Notes: generated by a model not told the origin, from the letters alone. Positions 19,635 to 29,280 are shown, counted from the stretch's first letter. The stretch: DNA of 64,000 nt from Lachnospiraceae bacterium (GCA_051880375.1 JBJENV010000060.1:9228-73227), one strand, 5' to 3'. Translations and numbers: made by a program.

Positions 19635-19707
19635 TGTTACTGACTGGACTTGAACCAGCGACCACCTGCTTCGGAGGCAGGCACTCTATCCCCTGAGTTA
19701 CAGTAAC
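19635..19707 (-). tRNA. tRNA-Arg (anticodon CCG)
   Basis: The reverse complement GTTACTG-TA-ACTC-AGGGGATA-GAGT-G-CCTGC-CTCCGAA-GCAGG-TGGTC-GCTGG-TTCAAGT-CCAGT-CAGTAAC-A folds as a 73-nt cloverleaf. CCA is not encoded. Confidence 0.9.
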
Positions 19708-19815
19708 ATGCTTATCTATTATAACCTATTTGAAAGAGAATTTCAAGAACTGCTTCTTTACAAATTCGTAAAAAATTATTATGATAGAAAAGAGTATGTA
19801 GAAACGGAGCGGCAT

Positions 19816-20715
19816 ATGGCAGAAAAAAGAAAAAAGTTCGAAGTTCCGGAGCAGAAAGAAACCGGAGTGCGCATTAATAAATATTTAAGTGATGCAGGAA
19901 TCTGTTCGAGAAGAGAAGCAGATACTTATATTGCAGAGGGTAAGGTAACCATTGACGGCAGGGTGGCGGAAACCGGCAGCCGGGTGTTTCCGGGACAGTC
20001 GGTAACCTTCCTTGGAAAGCAGGTCAAAAAGCAGGAGGAACAGGTACTGATTGCGTTTTACAAACCGGTCGGCATTGTTTGCACAACGGATACCAGAGAG
20101 CCGGATAACGTCATTGATTTTTTAAATTACGGCAAACGGATTTATCCAATCGGAAGGTTAGATAAAGATTCGGAAGGACTGCTTCTTTTAACCAATGACG
20201 GAGATATCGTCAATAAGATTCTTCGCGCAGGGAATCACCATGAAAAGGAGTATCAGGTAACGGTCAACAAGCCGGTAACGCCGGAATTTTTGAAGGGCAT
20301 GGCGGGCGGTGTGCCGATTCTTGACACGGTAACAAAGCCGTGTCGCATCGAACCGACCGGCAAATGCAGCTTTACCATTATCCTGACGCAGGGCTTAAAC
20401 CGCCAGATCAGACGGATGTGCGAATACTTCGGTTACCGTGTCGTAGCCTTGAAACGCGTGCGTATTATGCACATCAGGCTTGGAAGACTAAAGCCGGGTA
20501 CTTACCGGAATCTGACGACGGCAGAGTTAAATGAACTGCGTGAGGTACTAAAAAAATCCTCTGCGCTTCCGGCAGCAGAGTGCAGAAAAGCAGAACGGCA
20601 GGCGGCCTTACAGAACAGGCAGACAGAGAGCAGAACAGGAGCAGACTATGGCAGAAATAAGAACAGAGCAGCAAAAGAGAGAGAGAATTACCGAGCTGGT
20701 AGAACTGTTAAATAA
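19816..20715 (+). CDS. rluF: RsuA/RluF-family rRNA pseudouridine synthase with S4 domain and basic C-terminal tail
   Basis: S4 domain (RINKYLSDAGICSRREAD..I..G.V). Catalytic motif GRLDKDSEGLLLLTNDG. Start set at MAEKRKK (GGAG upstream), because the ORF-track start abuts the tRNA. Confidence 0.85.
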   Translation: MAEKRKKFEVPEQKETGVRINKYLSDAGICSRREADTYIAEGKVTIDGRVAETGSRVFPGQSVTFLGKQVKKQEEQVLIAFYKPVGIVCTTDTREPDNVIDFLNYGKRIYPIGRLDKDSEGLLLLTNDGDIVNKILRAGNHHEKEYQVTVNKPVTPEFLKGMAGGVPILDTVTKPCRIEPTGKCSFTIILTQGLNRQIRRMCEYFGYRVVALKRVRIMHIRLGRLKPGTYRNLTTAELNELREVLKKSSALPAAECRKAERQAALQNRQTESRTGADYGRNKNRAAKERENYRAGRTVK

Positions 20716-22630
20716 AGCAGGCTATGCATACGAACAGGAAAACCGTGAAATCATGAGCAACTTTGAATACGATGCGTTGTATGATGAGCTGCTTTCCTTA
20801 GAGCAGGAAACCGGTTATGTCATGGCGCAGAGCCCGACAATACGGGCAGGATATGAAGTACTCAGTGAGCTTCCGAAGGAACGCCATGTGGCGCCGATGC
20901 TGTCGCTCGATAAGACGAAGGAACCGGAGGCACTGAAAGCCTTTCTTGGAGATAGAGAAGGACTGCTTTCCTGGAAGATGGACGGTTTGACGAATGTTTT
21001 AACCTACCGTGGAGGAGAACTCGTAAAGGCGGTTACCAGAGGAAACGGTGAAATCGGAGAAATCATCACAAACAATGCAAAGGTCTATAAAAATCTTCCG
21101 GTGCGTATTCCGTATCAGGGAGAACTGGTATTGCGCGGAGAAGCAGTTATCACGTATTCGGAGTTTGAACGGATTAATGCGGAAATCGAGGACGTGTCGG
21201 CAAAGTACAAGAACCCGCGTAATCTGTGCAGTGGCAGTGTCCGCCAGTTGAATAACAAAATTACCGCCGAGCGTAACGTTTTGTTTTATGTATTTGCACT
21301 GATCACCGGAGGGGAAGAGTTCAACTTTGCGACAAGAAGCGAGCAGATGAACTGGCTGGAGAGTCTTGGCTTTACCTGTGTGGAACGACGTCTGGTTACT
21401 GCAAAAGGAATGGACGACGCCATTCATTATTTCTCGGGACAGGTGGCAAACAATGATTTCCCGTCGGATGGTCTGGTACTGTCGTTTGATGATTTGGAGT
21501 ATTCGAGAAGCCTTGGAAGAACAGCCAAGTTTCCAAGGGATTCGATTGCTTTTAAATGGAAGGATGAGGTTGCAAAAACTCATTTAAAGGAAATTGAATG
21601 GAGCGCATCACGTACCGGACTGATCAACCCGGTAGCGGTGTTTGAACCGGTGGAACTGGAAGGAACGACCGTATCCAGAGCAAGCATTCACAACGTGAGC
21701 ATCATGGAAGGCTTAAAGCTTGGTATCGGCGATGAAATCGAAGTTTATAAAGCAAATATGATTATTCCGCAGATTGCAAGAAACTTGACGCAGAGCGGTA
21801 CGGCAAAACCGCCGGAGCACTGTCCGGTCTGCGGCGGAAGGACTCTGATTTCCACCGAGGGAGAGGTGAAGGTGCTGTACTGCACAAATCCGGACTGCCT
21901 TGCAAAAAAAGTCAAGGCATTCTCTCTGTTCGTCAGCAGGGATGCCATGAATATGGAGGGACTTTCGGAAGCAACAATGGAAAAATGGATTAACGAAGGC
22001 TTCCTGCATGAGCCTGCCGATTTGTTCCGCTTAGAAAAGCACCGTGACGCCATTGTGGAGCTGGAGGGGTTTGGCGAAAAGTCCTATGAGAACCTTTCTG
22101 CGTCGATTGAAAAAGCAAGAAAAACAACGGCAGCAAGGCTGCTCTACAGCCTCGGCATTCCGAATATCGGCGTTGCAACGGCAAAGCTGATTTGCAGGGA
22201 ATTTGGTCAGGACATGGAAAGAATCCGCCATGCATCGGCAGAGGAGCTGACTAAAGTAAACGGCATCGGTGATGTGATGGCGCAGGCATATGTGGATTAC
22301 TTTGCAAAGCCTGAGAATCAGGCTCAGCTTTCCGAGATTTTGAAAGAGGTTACGGTTGAAAAAGAGGAATCCAACGAGCCTGCAGTTTTTGAAGGAATGA
22401 CGTTTGTGGTGACCGGAAGCGTGGAGCAGTTTAAAAACCGGAACGAATTAAAGGCATATATCGAGGAACGCGGCGGAAAGGTTGCAGGGAGCGTCAGCAA
22501 AAACACAAATTACCTGATTAACAACGATACGACGTCCGGTTCGTCCAAGAACAAAGCCGCAAGAGAGCTTGGTATCCCGATTTTATCGGAAAGCGAGTTC
22601 CTGCGTCTTGCAAACGGCGATATGCAATAA
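20648..22630 (+). CDS. ligA: NAD-dependent DNA ligase
   Basis: Adenylation motif KMDG, zinc finger CPVCGG...C.NP.C, HhH repeats and a C-terminal BRCT domain (FVVTGS...). Confidence 0.95.
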   Translation: MAEIRTEQQKRERITELVELLNKAGYAYEQENREIMSNFEYDALYDELLSLEQETGYVMAQSPTIRAGYEVLSELPKERHVAPMLSLDKTKEPEALKAFLGDREGLLSWKMDGLTNVLTYRGGELVKAVTRGNGEIGEIITNNAKVYKNLPVRIPYQGELVLRGEAVITYSEFERINAEIEDVSAKYKNPRNLCSGSVRQLNNKITAERNVLFYVFALITGGEEFNFATRSEQMNWLESLGFTCVERRLVTAKGMDDAIHYFSGQVANNDFPSDGLVLSFDDLEYSRSLGRTAKFPRDSIAFKWKDEVAKTHLKEIEWSASRTGLINPVAVFEPVELEGTTVSRASIHNVSIMEGLKLGIGDEIEVYKANMIIPQIARNLTQSGTAKPPEHCPVCGGRTLISTEGEVKVLYCTNPDCLAKKVKAFSLFVSRDAMNMEGLSEATMEKWINEGFLHEPADLFRLEKHRDAIVELEGFGEKSYENLSASIEKARKTTAARLLYSLGIPNIGVATAKLICREFGQDMERIRHASAEELTKVNGIGDVMAQAYVDYFAKPENQAQLSEILKEVTVEKEESNEPAVFEGMTFVVTGSVEQFKNRNELKAYIEERGGKVAGSVSKNTNYLINNDTTSGSSKNKAARELGIPILSESEFLRLANGDMQ

Positions 22631-22640
22631 ATGTAGAGAT

Positions 22641-22691
22641 GTAACAAACGGTGAGACGTAACAAACGGTGAGACGTAATAAACGGTGCAGA
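22641..22691 (+). repeat. Three tandem 17-bp direct repeats (GTAACAAACGGTGAGAC x2, then GTAATAAACGGTGCAGA)
   Basis: Read directly from the sequence. The repeats fill most of the 79-nt ligA-metA spacer. Confidence 0.9.
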
Positions 22692-22709
22692 AAGGAAAGG
22701 TAGTTTTTT

Positions 22710-23624
22710 ATGCCGATTAAAGTACAGAGCAATCTTCCGGCAAAAAAGATTCTGGAAGATGAAAATATATTTATGATGGACGAAAAAAGAGCGTTGTCGC
22801 AGGATATCCGTCCGCTTAAGATTGCAATATTAAATCTGATGCCGCTTAAGGAGGATACGGAGGTACAGCTGCTTCGCAGCTTATCGAACACACCGCTGCA
22901 GCTTGACGTAACTTTTCTTACGACAAGTACGTATGTCGGAAAGAATACGGCAACGAGCCATTTGGATACCTTCTATCTGACCTATGAGGAGGTAAAGCAT
23001 CAGAAGTTTGACGGTCTGATTATTACGGGCGCGCCGGTAGAGCAGATGGAATTTGAAGAGGTGGTCTACTGGGAAGAACTGACACAGATTATGGAATGGT
23101 CCAAGACAAACGTGACCTCGACCCTGCATATCTGCTGGGGAGCGCAGGCAGGGCTTTACTATCATTATCACATCCGGAAGCTGCCGCTGAAGCAGAAGCT
23201 GTCCGGCGTTTACTGCCATGAAGTGCACAACAGAAAAGAGCCGCTGGTACGCGGTTTTGATGATATTTTTTATGCACCGCATTCCCGCTATACCGAAATG
23301 TCCAGAGAGGACATTGAGGCAAGCGGGGAATTTACGATTCTTGCGGATTCCAAGGAGGCGGGGATTTTTATCCTGCTTGCCAAAGAAGGAAAGCAGATTT
23401 TCGTGCTCGGACATCCGGAATACGACCGAATCACGTTAGACAAGGAATACAAACGGGATGTGGCAAAGGGCATCGAACCGGACCTTCCGGTACATTACTA
23501 TCCGGGCGACGATGCCACACAACGGCCGTGCCTGACATGGAGGGCACATGCCAACACGCTTTACACCAACTGGGTGAATTATTACGTATACCAGGTAACG
23601 CCGTACGATTTGGAGGAAATATAG
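22710..23624 (+). CDS. metA: Homoserine O-acyltransferase MetA
   Basis: MPIKV...LPA...L..ENIF start, ILNLMP, and catalytic-Cys context HICWGAQA. 304 aa. Confidence 0.9.
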   Translation: MPIKVQSNLPAKKILEDENIFMMDEKRALSQDIRPLKIAILNLMPLKEDTEVQLLRSLSNTPLQLDVTFLTTSTYVGKNTATSHLDTFYLTYEEVKHQKFDGLIITGAPVEQMEFEEVVYWEELTQIMEWSKTNVTSTLHICWGAQAGLYYHYHIRKLPLKQKLSGVYCHEVHNRKEPLVRGFDDIFYAPHSRYTEMSREDIEASGEFTILADSKEAGIFILLAKEGKQIFVLGHPEYDRITLDKEYKRDVAKGIEPDLPVHYYPGDDATQRPCLTWRAHANTLYTNWVNYYVYQVTPYDLEEI

Positions 23625-23632
23625 GAAACAGT

Positions 23633-25255
23633 CTACCGTTTCAGTTCCTTCAGTTCCGAAAGAGTAACCGTGCCGCTTACAAGGCATGCAATCAACGCGC
23701 AGAGACCATAGGCTCCGCCGTATAGGAGCAGAGCAAGATACGGGGATGAAAGGTCTGCTTTCCCGTACTGATAGAGAGGTGCGACAATGACTCCAAGAAA
23801 TGTGAGAGCAAACCCACCCTTTAGCAGATAGTGGTCCGGCAGGCATGCAGGACCGACAAGGCGGTAAAGCAGGACACCGTCCATCAGGGTAATCGCTATC
23901 TGCGAAAGCAGAATTGCGAGAAAGTATGCCTGCATTCCAAGATGGGGAACGCCAAAAAAGATGACGGAAATCTTAATGCACATGGCAATGACGGAGTTTA
24001 AAAAGGTCTGATAGGGCTTTCCGAGTCCGTTTAGAATACTGTTAAATGTGGAGGAAACGTATAAAAAAGGACAGAGCCAGGCAAGGATTCTTAAATAGCT
24101 TCCGGCAAGAGGCTCACCAAATACGGTTACGCCAAGGTCGTAACCAAATAAAATAAATAATGCGGTACTTAACATACCGAGAAGAATGCTGAATTTCTGC
24201 GCTAAGAATACCGTGGAGTTCAGCTTTTTTGTTTCTCCCCGGATACTTGCTTGGGAAACGGCAGGAAGCAGAAGAACGGAAAGCGCACCGGTAATGGCAG
24301 TCGGGAAGAAGATAAACGGCATCGACATCCCGTTGATGATTCCGTAATGGCTGAGCGCTTCTGCGTTTGTCATCCCGTACTTGCGAAGCATAAACGGAAC
24401 AAGCGTTGCCTCAAAGCTGTGGAGCAGGCTGACCACAAGGCGGTTAAACGACAGAGGAAAGGCAAGAGCGCTGATTTCACGAAGCAGAGGGCTGCGTTTT
24501 TTTGAAAGGGCTGCGGACAAGCTTGTGTGCGTGTCGACTGCCTGCTCCGAACTTTGTGTAAGGGTATGAGAGGTACGGAGGGCGTGCATATCCCGTCTCC
24601 GTTCCAGTGCAAACGAGCAGAGGTTGAAAACGGCGGAGGCTGCTTCACCGAAAATCAGACCGAGTACCGCGGTTTCGCAGGCAATTTTGCCGTTTCCAAG
24701 AGTTCCGGCAAGGAAGTAGACGCTTGCAATGCGGACAATCTGTTCTAACATTTGTGTCAGGGCAGGCGTTGTCGATTTCTTAGTTCCATAGTAATAGCCG
24801 TTGATGCAGGCGGTAATACTACAAAACGGAAAGATAAAGCTGAGTACACGCAGAGACTGTTCGGCACGAGGCTCAAACAAAAAACGTGCGGCAATCAGAG
24901 GAGAAGCTTCATATAAAAGCAGGGAAAGCAGCAGAGCCAGAGAAAGCGACAGCAGCAGACCACGGGAGAAGACAAGCCTTGCCGCTTCACGTTCTGCTTC
25001 CGGGCGGGTACGCAGAATGCCCTTCGGAAGAAAACGTTCCGCTTCTGCAGTAAGCTTTGAAATGGCGGTCTGGATGCCGGAGGCATAAATGGTAAAGCAG
25101 ACGCTGTAAACCGGAAAGACAAGCTGATAGATACCGATGAGCTCGGCACCCATCTGTCCGGACAGCCAGATACGGTAAAAAAAGCCGAGGATTCTGGTTA
25201 GAAAGCCTGCGGCGGTCAGTATGATGGTACCTTTAATCAGAGTGTGTTTCGACAT
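23633..25255 (-). CDS. MOP-superfamily polysaccharide/peptidoglycan-precursor flippase (SpoVB-like)
   Basis: About 14 TM helices. N-terminus KGTIILTAAGFLTRILGFFYRI resembles SpoVB-type proteins. Start set at MSKHTLIK (25255); the 72-codon extension in the ORF track overlaps the divergent promoter region. Confidence 0.75.
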   Translation of the reverse strand: MSKHTLIKGTIILTAAGFLTRILGFFYRIWLSGQMGAELIGIYQLVFPVYSVCFTIYASGIQTAISKLTAEAERFLPKGILRTRPEAEREAARLVFSRGLLLSLSLALLLSLLLYEASPLIAARFLFEPRAEQSLRVLSFIFPFCSITACINGYYYGTKKSTTPALTQMLEQIVRIASVYFLAGTLGNGKIACETAVLGLIFGEAASAVFNLCSFALERRRDMHALRTSHTLTQSSEQAVDTHTSLSAALSKKRSPLLREISALAFPLSFNRLVVSLLHSFEATLVPFMLRKYGMTNAEALSHYGIINGMSMPFIFFPTAITGALSVLLLPAVSQASIRGETKKLNSTVFLAQKFSILLGMLSTALFILFGYDLGVTVFGEPLAGSYLRILAWLCPFLYVSSTFNSILNGLGKPYQTFLNSVIAMCIKISVIFFGVPHLGMQAYFLAILLSQIAITLMDGVLLYRLVGPACLPDHYLLKGGFALTFLGVIVAPLYQYGKADLSSPYLALLLYGGAYGLCALIACLVSGTVTLSELKELKR

Positions 25256-25323
25256 AACCCATGTGCCTTTCTGCCGCCTTTTGCGGAGGTATTCTGCATT
25301 CCAAATATATTCGCGCCGGGGTG

Positions 25324-25352
25324 TTGACAGTACAGAAATTTCATAGTAAAAT
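25324..25352 (+). promoter_or_regulatory. Candidate sigma-A promoter of the Rrf2-nifS-nifU-mnmA operon (TTGACA-17-TAAAAT)
   Basis: Consensus -35 with 17-nt spacing, about 105 nt upstream of the GTG start. Confidence 0.5.
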
Positions 25353-25362
25353 AAACACCGAG

Positions 25363-25412
25363 TAAAATACTCGGAAATAAAACAGTAGGAAATAAAATAC
25401 TGGGAATTAAAA
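25363..25412 (+). promoter_or_regulatory. Two 21-bp direct repeats (19/21 identical, 29-bp period) just downstream of the -10; candidate Rrf2 (CymR/IscR-type) operators
   Basis: TAAAATACTCGGAAATAAAAC at 25363-25383 and TAAAATACTGGGAATTAAAAC at 25392-25412. A partial third copy, TAAAATAAAC, overlaps the -10. Confidence 0.45.
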
Positions 25413-25458
25413 CGCCGTAAGAAACGGCGGTTTTCCCTGAGAGTAAGGAGGGAAAGCT

Positions 25459-25917
25459 GTGAAGCTGTCAACCAAAGGAAGATACGGACTGCGCGCAGTC
25501 ATCGACCTTGCGGTGTATGCCGAATCGGAACCGGTGTCGTTAGCAGCGGTAGCGGAGCGTCAGAGCATCTCCATCAGTTATCTGGAGCAGCTGATTGCAA
25601 AGTTAAAGAAGGCAGGTATCGTTCAAAGCACCAGAGGTGCGCAGGGCGGTTATACGTTAGCTAAGCTGCCGGAAGAGATTTCGGTCGGAGATATTCTGCG
25701 TGCGCTGGAGGGAGATTTAAGCCCGGTAGATTGTGTCGAAGTAGGAGGAGAAACCGAATGTGCTTCGGCAGATTTTTGTGTCACCAAATACGTTTGGAAG
25801 CGTATATCTGATAGTATCAATCATGCAGTAGACTCTATCCTTTTGTCGGAATTGGTCGAAGAAAGCAAAAAGGTGAAAAATGTAGCGGCATGTGATGCAG
25901 AAAAGAGAGGAAAATAG
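25459..25917 (+). CDS. Rrf2-family transcriptional regulator (IscR/CymR-like), GTG start
   Basis: MKLSTKGRYGLRA..DLA, and SISYLEQL..KL.KAG.V.S.RG..GGY.L. AAGGAGGG RBS. Confidence 0.9.
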   Translation: MKLSTKGRYGLRAVIDLAVYAESEPVSLAAVAERQSISISYLEQLIAKLKKAGIVQSTRGAQGGYTLAKLPEEISVGDILRALEGDLSPVDCVEVGGETECASADFCVTKYVWKRISDSINHAVDSILLSELVEESKKVKNVAACDAEKRGK

Positions 25918-25919
25918 TC

Positions 25920-27104
25920 ATGGAAAAGAAAATCATTTATTTGGACAATGCGGCAACAACGCGGACAAAGCCGGAGGTTGTGGAGGCCATGCTTCCGTAT
26001 TTTACGGAGAAGTTCGGAAATCCGTCCAGCGTTTACGAGTTTGCGGGACAGAGCAAGAATGCAGTCACCGAAGCAAGAGAAACCATTGCAAAAGCTTTAC
26101 ATGCGCCGTCGGCGGATATTTATTTTACGGCAGGCGGCTCCGAATCGGACAACTGGGCATTAAAGGCAACGATGGAGGCATATAAAGACAAGGGAAATCA
26201 TCTGATTACTTCAAAGATTGAGCATCATGCCATTTTGCATACCTGCGAATATCTGGAACAGCATGGCTGTGAGGTTACCTATCTGGATGTGGATGAAAAC
26301 GGTGTGGTAGACTTAGAGCAGTTAAAGGCTGCCATCCGCCCGACCACGGTATTGATTTCCGTTATGTATGCAAACAACGAAATCGGAACGATTCAGCCGA
26401 TTAAGGAAATCGGACAGATTGCCAAGGAACACGGAATTCTCTTCCATACCGATGCGGTACAGGCATTCGGGCAGATTCCGATTGATGTAGAAGAGGAAAA
26501 CATCGATATGCTTTCGGCAAGCGGTCATAAGTTAAACGGACCGAAGGGCATCGGATTTTTATATATTAAGAAAGGCTTAAAGCTTCGTTCACTGATTCAT
26601 GGCGGAGCACAGGAGAGAAAGCGCCGCGCCGGTACGGAAAATGTTCCGGGCATTGTCGGTATCGGAAAAGCAACCGAGCTTGCCATTGCAAGCATGGAAG
26701 ACAGAAGTAAGAAGGAAACCGAGCTGCGTAATTACTTAATCGACCGTGTACTGGCGGAAATTCCGTATGTGCGTCTGAACGGCAGCCGTGCAAAGCGTCT
26801 TCCGAACAACGCAAACTTCAGTTTTCAGTTCGTTGAGGGCGAATCGCTTCTTATTATGTTGGATATGAAGGGTATCTGCGCTTCCAGCGGTTCGGCATGT
26901 ACTTCGGGTTCGCTTGACCCGTCGCATGTCCTGCTTGCCATCGGTCTGCCGCATGAAATTGCACACGGCTCCCTGCGTCTTACCTTATCGGATGAGACGA
27001 CAAAGGAAGACATTGATTTTACGGTAGACAGGATTAAGGAAATCGTAGCAAGGCTTCGCAGCATGTCGCCGCTTTACGAGGATTTCATGAAGAGAGCAAA
27101 ATAA
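25920..27104 (+). CDS. nifS: Cysteine desulfurase NifS
   Basis: IYLDNAATT start, PLP lysine context SASGHKLNGPKG, and active-site loop SSGSACTSG. Confidence 0.92.
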   Translation: MEKKIIYLDNAATTRTKPEVVEAMLPYFTEKFGNPSSVYEFAGQSKNAVTEARETIAKALHAPSADIYFTAGGSESDNWALKATMEAYKDKGNHLITSKIEHHAILHTCEYLEQHGCEVTYLDVDENGVVDLEQLKAAIRPTTVLISVMYANNEIGTIQPIKEIGQIAKEHGILFHTDAVQAFGQIPIDVEEENIDMLSASGHKLNGPKGIGFLYIKKGLKLRSLIHGGAQERKRRAGTENVPGIVGIGKATELAIASMEDRSKKETELRNYLIDRVLAEIPYVRLNGSRAKRLPNNANFSFQFVEGESLLIMLDMKGICASSGSACTSGSLDPSHVLLAIGLPHEIAHGSLRLTLSDETTKEDIDFTVDRIKEIVARLRSMSPLYEDFMKRAK

Positions 27105-27201
27105 CAAAATGAAAAACGATATGGTAGAACAGCTTCATAAAAGTAGAAGCGAAAACCGAGAATAGAAAGTGCCGTAGGGCAAAAAAACAGGAGGAACCAG
27201 A

Positions 27202-27645
27202 ATGTACAGTGAAAAGGTAATGGACCATTTTACAAATCCGAGAAACGTAGGAGAAATAGAGAATGCAAGCGGTGTCGGCACGGTAGGTAACGCAAAGTGC
27301 GGCGATATTATGAGAATTTATCTCGATATTGACGATGACAAAATCATCCGTGACGTAAAGTTTAAGACGTTTGGCTGTGGCGCGGCAGTGGCAACGAGCA
27401 GTATGGCAACCGAACTGGTCAAGGGCAAGAGCATTTACGAAGCATTAAAGATTACAAACAAGGCAGTTATGGAAGCACTGGACGGACTTCCTCCGGTAAA
27501 GGTACACTGCTCCCTGCTTGCAGAGGAAGCAATTCATGCAGCGCTCTGGGATTATGCCGAGAAGAACGGGATTGTAATCGAAGGTCTGGAAAAGCCGAAG
27601 AGTGATATCCATGAAGGCGAGGAAGAAGAGGGCGAAGCATATTAA
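27202..27645 (+). CDS. nifU: Fe-S cluster assembly scaffold NifU/IscU
   Basis: YSEKVMDHF.NPRN.G, GNAKCGD, FKTFGCGAA and HCS motifs. Confidence 0.92.
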   Translation: MYSEKVMDHFTNPRNVGEIENASGVGTVGNAKCGDIMRIYLDIDDDKIIRDVKFKTFGCGAAVATSSMATELVKGKSIYEALKITNKAVMEALDGLPPVKVHCSLLAEEAIHAALWDYAEKNGIVIEGLEKPKSDIHEGEEEEGEAY

Positions 27646-28718
27646 TGGCGAAGGTAGTCGTAGGAATGTCGGGCGGCGTGGATTCTTCTGTGGCGGCGTA
27701 CCTGTTAAAGCAGGCAGGGCATGAAGTCATCGGAGTAACCATGCAGATCTGGCAGGAGGAAGAAAACCGAATACAGGAAGAAAACGGCGGCTGTTGCGGG
27801 CTTTCTGCGGTCGAGGATGCAAGACGTGTGGCAGCGATGCTTGAAATTCCGTATTATGTCATGAACTTCCGCAGAGAATTCAAGGAGTCGGTCATTGATT
27901 ACTTTGTGAAGGAATATGAGCAGGGCAGAACGCCGAATCCGTGTATTGCATGTAACCGTTATGTAAAGTGGGAATCACTGTATGAACGCGCAAGAAGCAT
28001 CGGAGCGGACTGCATTGCAACCGGACATTATTCGCGTATCGTAAAGCTTCCGAACGGCCGGTTTACGCTTCGGGTTTCCGCAACGGATGCAAAGGACCAG
28101 ACCTATGCGCTCTATAACCTGACACAGGAGCAGTTAGCGCACACGCTCATGCCGGTCGGAGACTACTCAAAAGATGAAATTCGCAGCATTGCGGCGGATA
28201 TCGGGCTTTTGGTGGCAAACAAGCCGGACAGTATGGAAATCTGCTTTGTGCCGGATCACGATTATGCCGGTTTTATAGAAGGCTATACAGGAAAGACCTT
28301 TGCGCCGGGACATTTCGTAAACACGGCAGGCGAGGTGCTGGGTACCCATAAGGGAATCATCCATTATACCGTCGGACAGAGAAAGGGACTTGGCATTGCA
28401 TTCGGAACGCCGATGTTTGTCAAGGAGCTTCGTCCGGAAACAAACGAGGTTGTCCTTGCTTCAAACGACGAGCTGTTTTCGGATGTGCTGTATGCGGACA
28501 GGCTCAACTTTATGTCGATACCGGAGCTTTCCGGTACCATGCGTGTCAAGGCGAAAATCCGTTACAGCCATAAGGGAGCGGATGCGGAAATTTCGATGGC
28601 AGGCGAGGATTTGCTCTGCTGCCGTTTTACGGAGCCGCAGCGGGCAATTACCCCGGGACAGGCGGTTGTTTTTTATGACGGGGATCTCGTAGTCGGAGGA
28701 GGAACGATTGTGAAATGA
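27645..28718 (+). CDS. mnmA: tRNA 2-thiouridine(34) synthase MnmA
   Basis: PP-loop VGMSGGVDSS, catalytic Cys context NPCI.CN, and GHY...KDQTYAL. Confidence 0.95.
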   Translation: MAKVVVGMSGGVDSSVAAYLLKQAGHEVIGVTMQIWQEEENRIQEENGGCCGLSAVEDARRVAAMLEIPYYVMNFRREFKESVIDYFVKEYEQGRTPNPCIACNRYVKWESLYERARSIGADCIATGHYSRIVKLPNGRFTLRVSATDAKDQTYALYNLTQEQLAHTLMPVGDYSKDEIRSIAADIGLLVANKPDSMEICFVPDHDYAGFIEGYTGKTFAPGHFVNTAGEVLGTHKGIIHYTVGQRKGLGIAFGTPMFVKELRPETNEVVLASNDELFSDVLYADRLNFMSIPELSGTMRVKAKIRYSHKGADAEISMAGEDLLCCRFTEPQRAITPGQAVVFYDGDLVVGGGTIVK

Positions 28719-29275
28719 GATACATGATAGCTTCTGATATTCACGGTTCTGCCTTTTACTGCAGAAAATTGTTTGAAGCATTTGACAGGGAGCGGGAGGC
28801 GAAAACGGCGGACCGAATGCTCTTACTTGGCGATTTGCTCTATCACGGACCGCGCAATGATTTGCCGAAGGAGTATGCTCCGAAAGAAGTAATTGCCATG
28901 TTAAATGAAAGAAAGGACAGTCTGCTTTGCGTCCGCGGCAACTGCGAGGCGGAGGTAGACCAGATGGTGCTTAAGTTTCCGGTCATGGCGGATTACTGCC
29001 TGCTGACGCATCAGGAGCATCTGGTGTTTGCAACACACGGACATAATCACAATGAACGGGCGTTACCGCCGTTAAAGGCGGGAGATATCCTGCTGCACGG
29101 GCATACGCATGTGCCTGCAAATAAGGTACTGGATTCCGGGATTGTTTACTGGAATCCCGGCTCAGTATCCATTCCGAAGGAAAACAGCCCGCACGGCTAC
29201 ATGCTTCTTTCTGAAGATACGGTAGTTTGGAAGACGTTGGACGGAGAACTCTACCGTCCGGACGAAGAACGGTGA
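28715..29275 (+). CDS. YfcE/MJ0936-family metallophosphoesterase
   Basis: Motifs SDIHGS, LGD, GNCE and HGHTH. Confidence 0.8.
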   Translation: MRYMIASDIHGSAFYCRKLFEAFDREREAKTADRMLLLGDLLYHGPRNDLPKEYAPKEVIAMLNERKDSLLCVRGNCEAEVDQMVLKFPVMADYCLLTHQEHLVFATHGHNHNERALPPLKAGDILLHGHTHVPANKVLDSGIVYWNPGSVSIPKENSPHGYMLLSEDTVVWKTLDGELYRPDEER

Positions 29276-29280
29276 TGTTG

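Noticed and set aside
22641-22691. I considered the 17-bp repeat array as a mini CRISPR array.
   Set aside because: The repeats are directly contiguous with no spacers, the unit is too short, and no cas genes are present in the window.
22631-22709. I looked for an S-box (SAM) riboswitch or T-box leader upstream of metA, and for T-box or other riboswitches upstream of pheA and the NMT1-like binding protein.
   Set aside because: The leaders are only 45-80 nt, too short for these elements, and no conserved riboswitch core motifs were seen.
25256-25471. N-terminal extensions given by the ORF track: SpoVB-like gene to 25471, ABC ATPase to 12628, amidase from 38131, XRE from 39175, Rpn-like from 32173, rluF from 19708, PIG-L from 44425, GDPD from 36260, and the TM protein to 41053.
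   Set aside because: In each case an internal start has a good Shine-Dalgarno sequence and matches where the family's conserved N-terminus begins. The extension overlaps a neighbouring gene, tRNA or promoter region.
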